This document shows, piece by piece, positions 13,360 through 26,148 of a DNA stretch of 64,000 bases (position 1 is the first letter of the stretch; each line of letters begins with the position of its first letter). The stretch comes from Zootoca vivipara (taxonomy: Eukaryota). The notes under the pieces were generated by a model, which was given only the letters and a program-made list of their open reading frames with translations, did no database searches and was not told the origin of the DNA. Where the stretch lies: contig NC_083277.1 of NCBI RefSeq assembly GCF_963506605.1, positions 70,928,001-70,992,000 of the forward strand, written 5' to 3'. Position numbers and translations under genes: made by a program.

Positions 13360-13843
13360 GTAAGTACACTATAAAAAAACCCCTGAACCTTTGTGACAGA
13401 ACTGTTAACAAGATTGAACTAGCATTTTACTTTCTTTTTTTCAAAGAGGTGGTTCATCCATATACAGTAGTAGACTGTCTCTCCTGAATATTGATTATCC
13501 ACGTTGATTGTGTGCTACATGCCTGCTTGGGGTGTGGTTGCTGCCCTTGCTAGTGCAGATGGGCAACTTTTACCACGAGCCAGCCATTTCCGGGCAGAGA
13601 AGGGATTTGTCATTACTTGGGATGCATTTTATATTGGATGGTTAGGAATGAAACTTTCAGAAAAATGGAAGGGTGGAGCGACCATTTCTGCTTAAAAACA
13701 TATGAAGTGCACTGCTGGTTCAGATCAAAGATCCCTCTAGTCCAGCAGCCTATTTTCCAGTGAGATGCCCCCGTGATGCCCACAATTGGCACAAATTGAA
13801 ATCAATTGTGATTGCTGTATTCTCTCTTATTTTTTTTCCTTAG

Positions 13844-13968
13844 TGGCATTCCTTTTCAACTGGATTGGATTCTTTCTCTCTTTCTGCCTGACTACCTCAG
13901 CAGCAGGAAGATATGGGGCCATTTCTGGATTTGGTCTGTCTCTCATTAAGTGGATCTTGATTGTCAGG
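13844..13968 (+). CDS. NDFIP1: NDFIP1 coding exon 5 (MAFLFNWIGFFLSFCLTTSAAGRYGAISGFGLSLIKWILIVR; transmembrane segments)
   Basis: Acceptor ttttccttag, donor AGG|GTAAGT; 125 nt. Confidence 0.97.
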
Positions 13969-14324
13969 GTAAGTTGAGGAGTGGAAGAAGAAGGCTGCAT
14001 CAATAGGCGAGTGCACTGTGTATGATAGGCATTGCAACAAATAATTCCCTAGTGAGTTCTCCCTTTGTGAAAGTCCTAAAGACAAATCATGTACAAAGCA
14101 TATGAATATGTCTTTATTATATTAAGAAAATGCTGCTTGATTGAGTTACTAACCCTGTGTAAGCATTCTGAAATTCTGAACACCATGTTGCAACCACCAA
14201 ACATGATTTTTGAAATGGAAATTATGCAGATTTGTGCAGTGTGCTTGTTTCAGCTAATTTGCATAGCTTCAGACTACCAAAAGGCAGCTCCATTGAAGAG
14301 TAATTGAAAAAAAGATATCTGAAA

Positions 14325-14700
14325 TACAATCTTTATTATGGTCCATAGAGCCATCAATTTGTTACAAAGCGATATTCAATAAGGACACCCTGCCTTCAGG
14401 TTTCAGAAACATTTTGTTCAGACGTAGAGTTGGGATCATTGATTCTTAGAACCACCGATAGAAACTTCGCCACTGCTAGTGTTCTAACATTTGACCGGTC
14501 TTCCAATAGGAACTTGATATAATACTCCTCCGATTTTCCTGGGGTCGGGGCTAGCAAGGGTGAAATCAGTTCAGCCCAAGCTTGCTTGAACTTCACACAG
14601 TACAGTATAATATGTTTTATAGAGTCTGTGTCTTGGGCACACGAGCGCAGTCTTTCCTGGTAGGGGACTCCTCTCATCCTACCCTCCAGCACTGCAGATA
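14325..14700 (-). mobile_element. 3' fragment of a non-LTR retrotransposon (RTE-X/L1-like C-terminal zinc-knuckle region)
   Basis: Minus-strand peptide GVPYQERLRSCAQDTDSIKHIILYC resembles a decayed CCHC knuckle; AATAAA downstream on the minus strand. Confidence 0.55.
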
Positions 14701-14923
14701 TCTGAAATATCTGATGTGTAATTATGTGAGGTGAATGTTGTCTTGAAGGGCATGGATACTGAAAACACTCTGGTTTGGTGTAATGTATTCCCACAAATAG
14801 TGGGGACAGATTGGTTAGATAGGTTGATGTAAACGAGCAAACAAAGGCTGTGATGTAAACTTTACATTTTTGATGTACCGTATGTAAAATCGCAAGGAGA
14901 GACTAGATGCACTAGGTCTAACC

Positions 14924-15059
14924 CAGGCATCCCCAAACTTCGGCCCTCCAGATGTTTTGGACTACAATTCCCATCTTCCCCGACCACTGGTCCTGTTAGC
15001 TAGGGATCATGGGAGTTGTAGGCCAAAACATCTGGAGGGCCGCAGTTTGGGGGTGCCTG
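14924..15059. mobile_element. Palindromic hAT MITE (136 bp)
   Basis: TIRs CAGGCATCCCCAAACT / AGTTTGGGGGTGCCTG; exact TSD GTCTAACC (14916-14923, 15060-15067). Confidence 0.9.
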
Positions 15060-16096
15060 GTCTAACCCTTTGTAGTATTGGCCATGGTATGCCAAAATGA
15101 CCTGCCCATTTTATTGATTAGATTTTATTCAAAACTGCAATAAAAGTTTGAGAACCAGTTAAAATTTTGTGTGTGTGTAGGTTTCTAGCAGTGCAGCATA
15201 CCTTAATAAAGCCAGACTTGCCTGTTGTTGGATAGATAAAACTACATGTGTATAATGTAGTTGTTTGTTAAGTGGTGCTTAGAATTTCACTGGCCTTGTA
15301 CCTTTCTGGCCTTGTACCTTTCTGAATAGGAGATAGAGGTGAAAATGCCTATGTAGAAGCAATGATTTGAGTGGCTGAAAGGATTTACTGTCTGCAAAGC
15401 TTATACATGTACAGGTATCCCCTGCTGGAAGTTATTGGTGTTGCAGTGAAGTCACCCAATACATTCTGTATGCAGTTGATGGACTGGTTTGTGTCAGGGT
15501 GGCAATAGTTTGAGGATGTGCAAGAAGAAATGTGATTGAATTGATTTTAGAAGCCAGAGAACTCATGTTTGGTCCTAAATTGTACAGTCTTTTGTATTTC
15601 AGTAGTTGCATTTCGCACATGCAGGAGGTTTCTGTTTTTGGCCATTAAGCACAGTATTGTGGATTCTTGATTTACAGCCGCTCTTATGGATCTCAGGCAG
15701 AGAAGCTCTTTCACATCACCTGCCCCCTTAGAATTCCTCATCCAGAACAGATTCTGAGATTAGCTTTCATCCCAGACCATTGCAACAAGAAGTGCTTGTG
15801 TCTATCTGGAGAGTTACCTCTTCACCTAGAGATTTTTTGGATCATGTCCTTTCACTATGCAATATTGATTTTTGCAGAGATTTAGGAACTTAACCCTGAG
15901 TTAATGGGGGTGCGTGTGTATAATTTTACAAAATTTATATACTGCTTAATTATTATACTAAACAGTTTACAGAAGAAATGTGTGCGGTAGCAGTAATTTA
16001 TCCAGCAATAACTGCTGCTAGTAACAAAATGCCAGTGCAAAAATCCTGCAACTACCTACTGATTGACCTTATTCTCCCCCCGCTTTTTTTTTTTAG

Positions 16097-16163
16097 TTCT
16101 CCACCTATTTCCCTGGTTACTTTGATGGCCAGTACTGGTTGTGGTGGGTGTTCCTTGTGTTAG
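16097..16163 (+). CDS. NDFIP1: NDFIP1 coding exon 6 (FSTYFPGYFDGQYWLWWVFLVL)
   Basis: Poly-T acceptor ending AG, donor G|GTAAGT; 67 nt. Confidence 0.97.
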
Positions 16164-16377
16164 GTAAGTGTTAAACATTAATTTCAGTTTTTACTTTAGG
16201 AATCGTGCATGAACCTGCTCATATCTAGTTGTTATTCCTTACTTGTAATAATGATTGTAGTGTATTTTTAATGTTAATTTCAGAAAGGGGCTTTTCTGCC
16301 AATCTTTTAGGTTAGTTCCTATGCTAGGCACTTGAGAGAACTTTGGCAGATTTTTGAGATGTTCCTTTCAAGGAATC

Positions 16378-16393
16378 CTGCCATCTAGTGGAC
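16378..16393 (-). promoter_or_regulatory. Candidate CTCF site in NDFIP1 intron 6
   Basis: Reverse complement GTCCACTAGATGGCAG fits the CTCF core CC(A/G)(C/G)(C/T)AG(A/G)(G/T)GGC(A/G). Confidence 0.55.
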
Positions 16394-17559
16394 ATCTCAT
16401 TCTTTGCAGTAAGAAACCCACAACCTTGTTTGACTGTGGAAAATGACAGGCACAGTGCTGTATCTGTCTCTCCTCACTCCTGAGGGATAGTAGCAACTCT
16501 GGGAGTCGTGGTGATCAGGGGGGATACTGTAGTGCTCAGATCCTGCTTGCAAGCTTCCCATAGGCATCTGGGCACCATGAAGACAGGTGGGCCTTTTGTC
16601 TGATCCAGAAGGGCTTTTCTTAAGTTCTTAAAACAACACAGGAGGAAAGAATTAAATACCCCCTGTGATCAAATTGGCATCCACACCTGACTTTTTGAAA
16701 TAAAGAAGGAAAAAAGTGGGAAATTTGTTCCACAGGTCAGCTGGGTCACAGTTTAGCCCTCATTGACTTGGAAAAACATTAGTGATGTTAACTATTTAGG
16801 AAGAGGGGCTTTTTCAAAACTGTCAGTGGTGGGTCAGATCCTCTTGGGAAGCTTGGAGGATGTATTTATAACAGGCTCAGAAAAATGAACACCACAGATT
16901 TAGAAACAAGTTCAGGATGATAGCTGTGTAGTTAAATAATAGTGTGAAGAAAACCATAAAAGGCAAGAAAGCGTCCCTTAAAAGGAAGTAGTCTTGCCAA
17001 AATGAGAACAAAAACGATTCCTAATTCCAGCAAATAAATGTGTCAAGCAAGAAAAAGGGGGGGGAATGAGGAGAAAGGCATGAAAACAAATATTTCTTCA
17101 ACTACACCAGGAACAAGGAACTAGCCAGGGAAGCAATAGGAAGTTTGGACGCCAGAGTTGTGAAAGGAAAATTAAAGGGGGGCACAGAGATGCTCCAGTG
17201 GGTCCAAACATGAGCCTCAGGTTCACTTCCCCTTCCCCACTGTGCATGAAATGGTGAGATTTAAAACTTCCTTTTCTGATTTGCAAGGAACTGCTGTTTG
17301 TCATTGCATTAAAACCTGGGTTGCTTGTGACTCACTAACAAAGCATGGTTTGAACAAACCACCCTTTGCCAGGTTTGGATGCACTTTTCTTGTAAACAGG
17401 ACATGGAAACTTTAAATATATTCTCTCACTCAAAACAGTGTGTGGAGCATGCAAGGTTCATAGCCATAAGTCATAGTAGGACCAGATAGTGTTAACCCAA
17501 GAGCTTTTGCTCAAAATTGAAACTGCTGAATTTTCAATGGCAGTATACCACATCATTAA

Positions 17560-18085
17560 ACTCAACCTCCTGATGAGAGGATTGAAAGGTACATTAGCCA
17601 AAGATGTACAGATGTGCTTCTGATCATGGCCACAACCTGCCCCTCCAGGAGCAGAAACGAATCCAAAGACACTCCTGATCCTTATCAAGAGGATTGGAAG
17701 GTAACCAATATGAGATCATTTATTTCCAAAAAAGGGACTCAGAGGGAAGGGGAACTGAAGAAATAGCAGACCTTGTCAGGCTAACCCTTTTCTAAAGTTG
17801 GTTGAAAGTCATTTTGAAGCTGGAATTATTAAGCAAATAAAAGAATAAGTCTTTCTCAGTCAGCATGGCTTCTATAAAGGGAAGCCCAGCTCACCAACTT
17901 TTTCAATTCTTTTACTCAACAAACATAAAAGTGGTTGAGAAGATACATGGTTGGACATCCGAAAACATTTTGACAAAGTCCTTTACTGCAGGCTCCTGGG
18001 TAAATGTAGTAGTGATTGGATAAAAGAATGGATAATCCTGTGGATCAAAAACTGGTTAAGCAAAAGGGAACCAATTGTAGGAATG
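17560..18085 (+). mobile_element. Highly decayed CR1 RT-region relic
   Basis: Remnants cagcatggcttc...aaaggg and tttgacaaagtcc (QHGF / FDKV-like); no open frame. Confidence 0.5.
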
Positions 18086-18151
18086 ATCCTTGCCTTTCAG
18101 AAGAATGGAAGGTGTGTATGTGAAATATAACTCTTGATATTTTTTTGTTAG

Positions 18152-18255
18152 GCTTTCTCCTGTTCCTCAGAGGATTTATCAATTATGCAAAGGTTCGGAA
18201 GATGCCAGATACATTTTCCACTCTTCCCAGGACTAGAGTTCTCTTTATTTACTAA
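18152..18255 (+). CDS. NDFIP1: NDFIP1 coding exon 7 (GFLLFLRGFINYAKVRKMPDTFSTLPRTRVLFIY*)
   Basis: Acceptor ttttgttag; TAA at 18253-18255; donor AG|GTAATT after 18257. Total CDS 660 nt. Confidence 0.97.
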
Positions 18256-18345
18256 AGGTAATTCTCTGGGGAATCTACTTTAATTCTTTTTTCCTTCCCC
18301 CCCCCCTTTTCCTTATATTTTATTACAATCACCGACAGCAAATAT

Positions 18346-18392
<47 letters not shown>
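18346..18392. repeat. (GACA)n microsatellite
   Basis: Seen directly. Confidence 0.95.
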
Positions 18393-18538
18393 TACAAAAA
18401 CATACAAAAAACTTACAAAAACACAAACACCTACATTCCATTACCATATAATACCAATATTCATATCCTCGAAATTATTTCTTGACCATTTCTAGCTTAT
18501 TACATCAATAATAAAGAACAAATTATGTATTTCAAATA

Positions 18539-18890
18539 CAGTGGTACCTCGACTTACGAACGTCTCGGCAACCGAATTTTTCGACTTACGAATGGGGGTA
18601 ATGGCCACGCACTTAGGAATGTCTCGACATCGGAAAAAACCGCAGCGGTTTTAGATAGGGATTTTTCGACTTATGAATTTTTAGATAGGGTTGCTTCGAC
18701 TTATGAATTTTTAGATAGGGTTGCTTCGACATGAATTTTTAGATAGGGTTGCTTCGACTTATGAATTTTTCCGTTTTCAATGCATTCCTATGGAAAATCG
18801 AGTTTCCAATGGCGTTTTTTGACTTACGAATTTTTCGACTTACGAAGGTGCCTTCGGAACGGGTTAAATTCGTAAGTCGAGGCACCACTG
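18539..18890. mobile_element. Tc1/mariner (Tigger-like) MITE with an internal 30-bp x4 array
   Basis: 22-bp TIR CAGTGGT(A/G)CCTCGACTTACGAA, TA on both sides. Confidence 0.9.
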
Positions 18891-19219
18891 TACATAATTG
18901 AAATACTTTAATTCTTTCTTTGTGTTTCTTTGCTTGATTTAAAAAGCAGAACATCCCACATCCTATATACCATCTTCAGTGTTGTTCACCAAATAACAGT
19001 GGCTGATTTAATTTATTTGTAGAGCACCTATTTACTGTTATGATCCTAGACATTTTGAAGTCCCATTGATTTCAGTAGAAGTCACTCCCTCCAACTTCTA
19101 ATGTGCGCTAGCATTTACACTAAATTATACCAGTTTGAAATGACAAATATGATAACATTGCTTTCGTTTCCTTTTTTGCTGGAATCTGGGTAGTGTCTTA
19201 CAGAGAAACCTGGAGTTTA

Positions 19220-19400
19220 TTTATTTTATTACATTTATATATCACCTTTTCTTCCAAGTTGCTCAAGTTGCTTTACATGGTTCTCCCCATTTCAACCATA
19301 CAACAAACCTGTGAGGTATGTTAGGCTGAGAGATAAGAAGTGGCACAAGGTCGCCAAGTGGGCATCATGGGTGAGTGGGGATACGAGCCCTGGTCTCCCA
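19220..19400 (-). mobile_element. MIR/CORE-like tRNA-derived SINE
   Basis: caacaaacctgtgaggtatgttaggctgag...gagtggggatacgagccctggtctccc; matches the 61215 copy. Confidence 0.6.
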
Positions 19401-21119
19401 GATCAAGAATTGCTAGAGAGGTAGCCTCTTTAGAGTCTAAGATCTTAAATGGTGGAGCAAAACCCAAGGAAGGCATGGGTACAGTGGTTTCTAGTCCAGG
19501 AAAGCTTATGCCACAATAGATTCCAGATTATTTGTATTCACTATGACTCATCACTGTACTTTGGCTTGTCCTGAATACCACTATTTCGTAGCCAAGCCCA
19601 AAACCAAAAGTCTCATTTGGATGCATTTCGGCTTGCCTGCTGCTGAAAGTGGCCATGAGGTGATAGATAATATCATTTATCAGTTTTAGACCCTTAAGTA
19701 GTAGCAGTTGCCAGGACACTGTCCTATTTGCCTCTGCATAGTTCCTTCCTTGTTTCAGATACTGTGATATATTGCGATGTTTAACTGGTGATATATCACA
19801 ACATTGAAAACCAGTTATTGCCCTGCCCTAGACACCACAAAATTTGACGTGGGAATCTCTATATGCACCTGCCAGTTAAGTGTTGGGTTAGAAGGGTCTA
19901 GAAGCTGAGAAAGGAGTCCTTAGTTAGAAATATTTGAAAGACATGCCCTTTGCCATTCCATAGAAACTCTTATCCCAGAGAAACCTGGAGATATTCTGTC
20001 CAGGACAGTAGTGGAAAAATGAAAGTTTCAACTGCATGTTATTAAGCATGTGTCCTATAAAACGGAACTTTAGTTTTCCCTTTCCACTTTTCTTTTCAGC
20101 TGGCCAGCAACCACACAAGCTGTAAAAGGTTTGCCTTTCCTTCCAGTAGTTAATGAGATACATGGCTAGACCACACACAGAAAGAAGATTTCTTTAGCAG
20201 TGGTGGAACACTTAAAAAACAAATCCAACCACCATCATGACATGGGCCATGTAAGAAATGCAGTTGGCACCCACCACATTAGAACATTTGAACTGAAAAA
20301 AGCTGTTTTAAAAAAAGAGAAATGCTCTGTGGTTAGGGTTTCTTTACTTCCTTAGTAAAGTTTGTGGTGTCCTCTGTAGTCCTTTTGGATCTGAAATTCA
20401 CAGTGAATTACAAACTTCCCTGCTCCTATTTTTTTTTCTCAGTTCCAATGGTAGAAACACCATTAAGTAGTAGGCCACTCTTGTTCTTTTGCTCTTGCTG
20501 GAACCATTAATTATAATTTGTATCTGAATGTAGCTTTTTCAAGCTACTTTTTTGGGGGGAGGAGGGGGAATCGTTATCTTCTTAGCCTAACCTACCTCAC
20601 GGGGCTGTTGTAAGTACAGAATAAAATTGGGAGAGCCATGTACAGATCTTTGAGCTCCTTAAAGGAAAGATGGAATAGCAAAGTAATAAGAAATAATGCA
20701 TTGAAGCTGCTTAGTTCTTTATAACAAATTTCAGAGGACTAGAAAGACGACTAGTTATTTGAAGTGTAGTATAATCCTGGGCATGTTTGCCCTGAAGTAA
20801 GCCTGACGCAGTTCCATGGAGCTTACTTGAAAGTAATCTTAAGTAGAATGGGAGGCTTGACCTTGTGTTCATGTGGGAGGCCATTGGCTGGTGCATATGT
20901 AACCATAGTTAAGGTCTTAGGAGCCAGCCACAGGATTGCATGCTTCCTATGTCCAATCTGTCCTTGTTCATACACAAAATCACCCTGCCTCTCTTACCTC
21001 TTGCTTAACATCACGGTATTCTAATAACTCCCCCCCTATATTATTTATACCCCTCCCCACCTTTCCCCCTGACAGGGACTCAGGGCAGCTTACAGATAAA
21101 AGGGAAGCTAAAAACATAG

Positions 21120-21120
21120 A

Positions 21121-21164
<44 letters not shown>
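21120..21164. repeat. (AAT)n microsatellite
   Basis: Seen directly. Confidence 0.95.
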
Positions 21165-21165
<1 letters not shown>

Positions 21166-22529
21166 CAATTAAACATTGATAAAATTAAAACTCTCTCATT
21201 CTCTCTCTCTCTCTCTACACACACATATATAAAATCTATTAAAACCATACAAATAATTATAATGAAAACAGCACTGTGCCACCCCTCTCATTAGGAGCAG
21301 TCTGTTCCCAAAAGCCTGTTGGAGAAAGCCAATTTCCTTATTTTTTTGTTTCATATCCATAAGATCAGCCGGGCTTCCAGATTCCTGTTTAACGGAAATA
21401 AATGTACTGCTACTGTAATTTGTGAACAAAACACCAGATCAGCACTTGTCCTTGTTTTTACCATTTACACTCATGGGGATGGTTCTTCTTTTTTAATCTT
21501 CTTAAAAGTCCCTGAGAACTTAAAAAGGCTCGTAGACCTGATGACAAGAAAATGTTGTTTCTTGTAATAGTTGGTTACTCTGCCCACATCCCCCTACAAC
21601 CTAAGCCAGAACACTAAGAGATGTGTTTAGCTTTAATTTGTAGAATAGTTACCCAGCCTGGCGCAGGAGAGGGAACAGTGAGCAACCATGTATGAACAAC
21701 AGTGCTGCCGTTTGCCTGCGAACAGTTCCTTTTGGAGCTACTTAAACTGGCTGGTAAAATCCAGCATATCATTACCAATCTTAATCTTTTGAAAAGGTAT
21801 AAAAATTGCTTGTTAATGAAAATTTACTGATATCCCCCCCCAATTGTGCTAGGGATACCATATGTCTGGGAAAACCTGGACATATCCTCTTTGGGGGGGG
21901 GGGCAACATGCCCATCCCAGTGAACTTTTGCATTTCAAAGGAAATGTTGGAGGGGGGTTGTTAGACTCGGAGTTGGGAAGCTTGGGCTGCTCTGCAGGCC
22001 ACAGCTGCTGCCAGCCCAAGCTGGGGAAAGAGGCATGTGGGTGCAATGACCACGCCCACCTGCACCCACCAACCTCTTTCCCCAGCTCGGACTGGCAGCA
22101 GCTTTGGCTCTCCTCTTTTTTGCTCTTCAACCCTAATTATACTTTTGATGTGGTCCAGATTCTGGATGATTCTGCTAGTTTAAAGTATTTGAAACTTAAA
22201 CTCATGTAATCAAGATGATTTCTCTCCTTTCCCCCCACCCCCGTTTAGGGTTTTTTTTTTTTGTGGGTGGGAAGAATAGGGTTGGAATTCATTGTGCCTC
22301 TGTTCCTGTGCCATACCAGAAAAAAAAAGTTTGACCGTGTACATTTTGTTCATCAGTCACAGAGGCACAGGAGTGAGGTCAGAATTAAATGTAATAGCAA
22401 GGTGGGAACTAGAAACAAAGGATTAAAAAACTAGTGAACAGTTGTGCATTTGCGTAGGCAAAACGTATTCCAAGATTGTAAACATCCTTCTCTTAGCTAA
22501 AATAGTAACTGTGCTTTTGCTCTTTTCAG

Positions 22530-23495
22530 ACTGATGTTTTCTGGCAACATTTTCCTGCATTGATGAGTTCTCCCTTAAGTGGACACCTGCAGGAAATAAA
22601 TCAAGACTCTCAACACAGAAGGAAAAATAATAATCACCCGCTTTAAAATGAATAAAGTACTGTTGGAAAAAAGAAGCATTTCTTTCTATTTGTTTCTAGA
22701 TGTAAAATTTTAATAGTTTAATGCAGAACTCCTGTAATCATTGAATCATTAGTGGCTAATGTTTGAAACGGCTCTTGCAATCAAGTCTGTGATGTTACTA
22801 ATAATGCCTTATATAGTATTTGTAGTTCTTTAAATAGCATGAGCTATTGCCCTGCAGCCAGAAGGGGTCAGTCTTGCTTTTTGTTCTCCTTAAAATTGAA
22901 CTTTGAATATGTTTTCTTAGTGTAAGATAAGTAATAATGCTGGCCATTGTGAAGGGGTGTTCTTGGAACTTTAGAAATTTGTTTTGACTGTATTTCTGCA
23001 CATAGTATGTATCTGTTGTTAAAATAAAATGAAAACAACCTGGAAATAAAATCTACATGTACCATGTGGATGTTTTTAAGGCATAGTAGTGAAAGAGCAT
23101 TAAGAAGCTGGTTACAAGTATTAACTCTTGGTAGTATGTATTCAGTATTTCTTACTGTTGTACTGCACACTTTTTGGCTAGGAACTCTCATAGTATATGT
23201 TGGTGGTATCAAATTCAAAGAATTTGATAATGTGGTATATAAAATCAGAAAGCACCTAAAATAATTTGATAATGCAGTGCATAAAATCAGAAAGCACATC
23301 GTCATTTTTGTTGACTTTAGAACTTGAAATGGTTCCTAACATAGCTGTACTCCTTGCTTTTCTAATTTCTGGTGCATTTAAATATAGATTAATGTGCACT
23401 TGTGTGATTTCTGCAAAGCAGTAATTCAGAGTTTTATTATGTTAAAACTGTAAATATAGCAGAATGTTAATAAATGTCACTTATATTACTAGGGC
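22530..23495 (+). other. NDFIP1: NDFIP1 terminal non-coding exon (3' UTR)
   Basis: Acceptor tcttttcag at 22529. Repeat-free, AU-rich, and resembles the mammalian NDFIP1 3' UTR as I recall it. The 3' end is estimated from AATAAA at 23469. Confidence 0.8.
23469..23474 (+). terminator. Probable distal polyadenylation signal AATAAA
   Basis: Followed by U/GU-rich sequence (ggctttctttttgctgt). Other AATAAA copies at 22595, 22651, 23023 and 23045. Confidence 0.65.
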
Positions 23496-24347
23496 TTTCT
23501 TTTTGCTGTACATCAGTGTTTACATGGGTGCCTATTTTTTCCCCTTAAGTTTTAACCACCCCCATCCCCATAAATTCATGGGCTGAGTTACATAGACATG
23601 ATGGTAGCAGCCAAATAATAACTATTTTGCTATGATTTTCTTACTAAGGGGGGCTACTAAAGGAGCTCATTTTTTTCTGTCTGGTATTCCACTCTACTGT
23701 CTTTGAAGTCACTCCATTCTTAGTTATTTGTGTTTCATTGCCCTAAACACTTTGACTTTCTTTGTGGATCCTTCCATTTGGGAACATAGGCAACTTCTCC
23801 CTAGAAAGACCCAAAGAAGACACAAACTTTTCCTGACTAACCCAAGGCAAGTTTGTGTATGTGCTGCTGAATCAAATCTGGAGCAAAATCAGGTGCCAGC
23901 TCTTAATATTACAATATTGGTGGATGCGCAGAGTTTATTTTCCATAAACCAATTGCTTCCGTTGCCATTAATTCAGAAATTTTAAAGCATGTTCGTAGTT
24001 TTCTCAGCCCTCAAAATGTCAGTCCTTATGTAGCCAAAATCACACCATCCAACCAGGGTGGGGGTATGAAATATGAGCATCTGGAATTATGAACAGGAGT
24101 ATTCCACACTGCAACATTTTGTTCCAGGTCCCCCTTCCACAAGAGTGCTGTTACGTAGCCAAAACTGCACCACCCACCCACAAGAGGAGCATTTCAATAG
24201 GATTATGGGACACCCACTGGGCTTCCTTCTCCCTCCTTTTTTTACATATAAATGTTCGTGAACACCACAATTTAGAAGCTTTTTTCATTTTGTTCTAAGG
24301 CATATCAGTCTATCACATGGCAATGTCTTTCTTGAAACAAGGTTCTG

Positions 24348-24477
24348 GTTACAGGTAGGTAGCCGTGTTGGTCTGGATCGAAGTAAAATAAAAAAATTCC
24401 TTCAGTAGCACCTTAAAGACCAACTAAGTTTTTATTTTGGTATGAGCTTTCGTGTGCATGCACACTTCTTCAGATAC
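24348..24477. mobile_element. Penelope-like element fragment
   Basis: gtagccgtgttggtc...gtagcaccttaaagaccaac...cacacttcttcagatac; near-identical copy at 50598-50684. Confidence 0.65.
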
Positions 24478-25867
24478 AAGGTGTTATCCTAAACTCTGCC
24501 TCCGTATCTGCTGACATGGAAAATCTGTTCTCCATATTGACCTGCGACAAAGTGTTAAACTTGCAGCACAGTGGTAGATTTTACATTCTGGATGATGCAA
24601 TATGTACAGGAGACTTGGTGATGAAAGTTTTATAACGGATGGCATAGCTTCATGGCTCGCTCAACATTGTTATCCCTTGTTCTGCAGTGTTCTAAACCTT
24701 TTTGCTTACTATTGGAGCAAGAAGCTTTTTGAATTTCAACCTTTCAAGGGAATTTTGTGGATAATTTTAATGCATTGGCTCATAGTGGCCTGTTTAGATC
24801 AGGATTATTTCCTTCTCAACAAAACACCATTAAAATATTCTGACCCTTGTAAGAACTTTAAATTTATTATATTTAATTAAAACAAAAAACAAAAAAAATG
24901 ATCCTTTGCAATGTATAACTTCCAGCATTCTTAATCGTAAAATGATCCTGAGCATTCACTGTTGTCACCTTCAATAGATATTCATTGTTTTTGCTAAAGA
25001 GGTGTCACATTCCCTCTTCCTCTGGTCATTTCCTAAGAGGTTTAAGGAAGCATCCCTGGTAGTGGGTAATTTGGCTGTCCTGGCCAGGGCACTTGGCAAA
25101 CACAAATCCTTTCATTTGCAAAGAGAAGCGAATCATTTACAACTTCAGCTTTGAAAAATGTGCATGCATTTGGAATTTTAAAAATAAATAAACCCTACAG
25201 TGGTGCCACTAAGTGCCCTGACAATTTAGGTACACCTTACTGCAACTGAGCTATTGTGCAGTTTGTATCAGTTAAACTTACTCATCCTCATTTGGCTCCA
25301 GAGAAGCAGACTAATTTTAAATGTAGTCACTACCTCAACGAGAACTGCCTCTCACATTTATTAGGTGCATGGCAGTTTTCACCTTAGATGAGCCCTCTAC
25401 CACCACTGCCCAATCCTGCTCAATGAGTACGAGGTACCAGAGCCCATATCTGAGGAGTGTCTGATGGTGCTACTTTCATGGTGACCAGCTCAAAGTTACA
25501 TGTTACAATCCTCTCCAGAGACAAACCTGCCCTGCAATTACACCATTAACTGTCTTTTAATAGAAGGTGCACTTGTTTTTATTGTGCTTGTTGTGTGGAT
25601 GAAGAGAGAGACTGCTGACATGGCAAATCTGTTCTCCGTATATTCACTCTATTAGCAGTCAGACTGCCCCCAATGTTAAAAACATTGTTTTGAGGTGGAG
25701 TGTGCTGGGAGTGGGTTCACAGGGTGCGTTTTATGGATAACACTTATTACTCATCTTACAATAACACCGAGCATATTAAGGAACGGGGAAATGTCATTAA
25801 GTTCATCCTGAGTGATCTTTAGTGAAATGCATTTTTAAATGCTGCCAACCTCTGTTTTTTTAAAAAA

Positions 25868-26148
25868 ATCCAAGGAGTCTTCACAACCTTCCAGCGTTGC
25901 TCATTCCACTGTTAAACAGCTCTTACCATCAGAAAGTTCTTCCTAATATTTAGTCAGAATCTCATTTCTTGTACTTGTAGGTTTGAGTCCTACCTTCTGG
26001 AGCAGCAGAAAACAAGCTTACTCCATCTTCCATGTGACAGCTCTTCTTAAATTGTGGTGCCCAGAACTGGACACAGTATTCCTGGTGAGGGTTTGACCAA
26101 AGCAGAACAGAGCGGTACTATGACTTCCCTTCATCTGAACCCTAATAT
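25868..26148 (-). mobile_element. CR1 LINE 3' fragment
   Basis: Antisense CR1 3' motifs (aagttcttcctaat, tggtgcccagaactggacacagtattcc). Confidence 0.65.

Noticed and set aside
18651-18768. CRISPR-like 30-bp repeat array
   Set aside because: No spacers, eukaryotic context, and it lies inside a MITE.
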